Assembly (NCBI GenBank): GCA_038150265.1
Contig: JAYOTF010000012.1
Coordinates: forward strand, 45,254 to 82,749
Direction: 5' to 3'
Source: Deltaproteobacteria bacterium
GTDB lineage: Bacteria; SAR324; NAC60-12
Length of the DNA stretch: 37,496 nt
The notes under the pieces were generated by a model that made no database searches, had not been told where the DNA came from, and saw nothing but the letters and a program-made list of their open reading frames with translations. Positions 35,725 to 37,496 of the stretch are shown piece after piece; position 1 is the first letter of the stretch, and each line of letters starts with the position of its first letter. The position numbers and the translations under genes are program-made.

Positions 35725-37446
35725 ATGAAGTTGACACTGAAATCCGCACTGGCCACGGCCTTTGCGATGGGGCTCATGGGCAGCGCTGCCCAAGCCGACA
35801 TGACCGCTGCGCGGAACTTCCTGCAGTCGGAGATTGGCGACCAGTCCACGTTGACTCGGGCGCAGCAAGAAGCTGAAATGCAGTGGTTCATTGATGCTGC
35901 AAAGCCGTTCGCCGGCATGGAGATCAAGGTGGTCTCGGAGACCATCACCACCCACGAGTACGAGAGCCAGGTGCTGGCCCCGGCCTTCAGCGCCATCACG
36001 GGCATCAAGGACACCCACGACCTCATGGGTGAGGGAGACGTGGTGGAAAAGCTGCAGACCCAGATGCAGTCCGGCGAGAACATCTACGACGGCTACATCA
36101 ACGACTCCGACCTGATCGGCACCCACTGGCGCTATCAGCAGGCCCGGAACCTGTCTGACTGGATCTCGGGAGAAGGCAAGGACGTCACGAACCCGAACCT
36201 CGACCTCGAAGACTTCATTGGCCTGAGCTTCACCACCGGTCCGGATGGAAAGGTGTACCAGCTCCCGGATCAGCAGTTTGCGAACCTGTACTGGTTCCGC
36301 TACGACTGGTTCAATGACGCCCAGAACAAGGCAGACTTCAAAGCCAAGTATGGCTACGAGCTCGGAGTGCCGGTCAACTGGTCGGCTTACGAAGACATTG
36401 CCGAGTTCTTCACCGGACGTGACCTGAGCCGCCTCGGTGTCGAGGGCAAGGTCTATGGAAACATGGACTACGGCAAGAAGGACCCCTCCCTCGGCTGGCG
36501 TTACACTGACGCGTGGATGTCGATGGCAGGAATGGGCGACAAGGGTGAGCCGAACGGACTCCCTGTCGACGAGTGGGGCATCCGGGTCAACGAGAAGTCC
36601 CAGCCGGTGGGCTCCTGTGTTGCTCGTGGTGGCGCCACCAACTCCCCGGCCGCAGTTTACGCGGTCACCAAGGCCATTGAGTGGCTCCAGAAGTACTCCC
36701 CGCCTGCAGCCGCTGGGATGACCTTCTCGGAAGCGGGTCCGATTCCGGCTCAAGGAAACGTGGCTCAGCAGATGTTCTGGTACACCGCCTTCACCGCAGA
36801 CACCGTGAAGCCGGGCCTGCCCGTGATGAATGCCGATGGCACTCCGAAGTGGCGCATGGCTCCCAGCCCCCACGGCGCCTACTGGAGCGAAGGCACCAAG
36901 ATTGGCTATCAGGACGCCGGTTCCTGGACCCTGATGAAGTCCACCCCGGTGGACCGTGCCAAGGCCGCTTGGCTCTACGCCCAGTTTGTCACCTCCAAGA
37001 CCGTGGACGTGAAGAAGTCCCACGTGGGCCTGACCTTCATCCGCGAGTCGACCATCCAGCACCAGAGCTTCACCGAGCGTGCCCCGCAGCTGGGTGGACT
37101 CGTTGAGTTCTACCGCTCCCCGGCTCGCGTCCAGTGGTCCCCCACCGGCACCAACGTTCCGGACTACCCGAAGCTGGCTCAGCTGTGGTGGCAGAACATC
37201 GGTGACGCCATGTCCGGCTCCAAGACTCCGCAAGAAGCCCTTGATGGACTCTGCGAAGACCAGGAGAAGGTGCTGATCCGCCTCGAGCGGGCTGGCATCC
37301 AGGGCGAGTTGGGTCCGAAGATGAACGACGAGCGCGACCCGGACTACTGGCTGAATCAGCCGGGCTCCCCGAAGGCCAAGCTGGCCAACGAGGACGAAAA
37401 GCCGATCACCGTCTCCTATGACGAACTGATCAAGTCCTGGCAGTAA
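35725..37446 (+). CDS. glpV: ABC transporter periplasmic substrate-binding protein (glycerol-binding GlpV-like)
   Basis: Signal peptide ending AAQA; VVSETITTHEYES, NDSDLIGTH, YQLPDQQFANLYWFR, MDYGKKDPSLGWR, WSPTGTNVPDYPKLAQLWW; GGAGG RBS. Confidence 0.85.
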   Translation: MKLTLKSALATAFAMGLMGSAAQADMTAARNFLQSEIGDQSTLTRAQQEAEMQWFIDAAKPFAGMEIKVVSETITTHEYESQVLAPAFSAITGIKDTHDLMGEGDVVEKLQTQMQSGENIYDGYINDSDLIGTHWRYQQARNLSDWISGEGKDVTNPNLDLEDFIGLSFTTGPDGKVYQLPDQQFANLYWFRYDWFNDAQNKADFKAKYGYELGVPVNWSAYEDIAEFFTGRDLSRLGVEGKVYGNMDYGKKDPSLGWRYTDAWMSMAGMGDKGEPNGLPVDEWGIRVNEKSQPVGSCVARGGATNSPAAVYAVTKAIEWLQKYSPPAAAGMTFSEAGPIPAQGNVAQQMFWYTAFTADTVKPGLPVMNADGTPKWRMAPSPHGAYWSEGTKIGYQDAGSWTLMKSTPVDRAKAAWLYAQFVTSKTVDVKKSHVGLTFIRESTIQHQSFTERAPQLGGLVEFYRSPARVQWSPTGTNVPDYPKLAQLWWQNIGDAMSGSKTPQEALDGLCEDQEKVLIRLERAGIQGELGPKMNDERDPDYWLNQPGSPKAKLANEDEKPITVSYDELIKSWQ

Positions 37447-37459
37447 GCCTTACTTTCTG

Positions 37460-37489
37460 AAGCCGAGGTCTCCCAGGCCTCGGCTTTTT
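37460..37489 (+). terminator. Rho-independent terminator
   Basis: AAGCCGAGG-TCTCCCAGG-CCTCGGCTT stem-loop followed by a T run, about 14 nt after the glpV stop. Confidence 0.85.
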
Positions 37490-37496
37490 CACCTCC

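Noticed and set aside
1..37496. CRISPR arrays, tRNA/rRNA genes, IS elements, prophage or defence islands
   Set aside because: No regularly spaced repeats, cloverleafs, transposase/integrase or phage genes were seen. The Smr and DUF790 genes are isolated and do not form a defence cluster.

Overview
A GC-rich (roughly 60-63% by eye), densely coding bacterial chromosomal segment. No rRNA, tRNA, CRISPR array, integrase or transposase was recognised. Gene content suggests a Gram-negative deltaproteobacteria-like organism such as SAR324, but this is an inference. In order, the window holds: ftsZ (3' end outside the window) and ftsA; an Old Yellow Enzyme-GNAT fusion; a ChlD-like AAA+/vWA chelatase subunit; an exported histidine phosphatase; an MBL-fold/cNMP-binding protein; aguB; an exported OB-fold protein with moaB; a minus-strand run of DUF790, nitroreductase, REC-PAS-LuxR regulator, PAS-PAS-HisKA_2 kinase and class III aminotransferase; a vWA protein; an outer-membrane barrel and an Smr protein; CMD-rlmI-folB divergent from metK-HPr-aroE-lysE; a five-gene catabolic operon (deacetylase-like amidohydrolase, unknown TIM barrel, SDR, PLP deaminase, cutC); and a divergent glycerol-type ABC transporter (glpSTPQUV-like) ending in a terminator. 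The most notable signals are: (1) the five-gene operon, which has a LacI/GntR-type operator over its -10 and may encode an undescribed amino-sugar-acid pathway; (2) a strong window-wide excess of the palindrome TCCGGA, reminiscent of cyanobacterial HIP1; (3) the OYE-GNAT fusion, which lies one base away from being two overlapping genes; (4) a putative heme-PAS sensor kinase; (5) an HPr with Thr at regulatory position 46.
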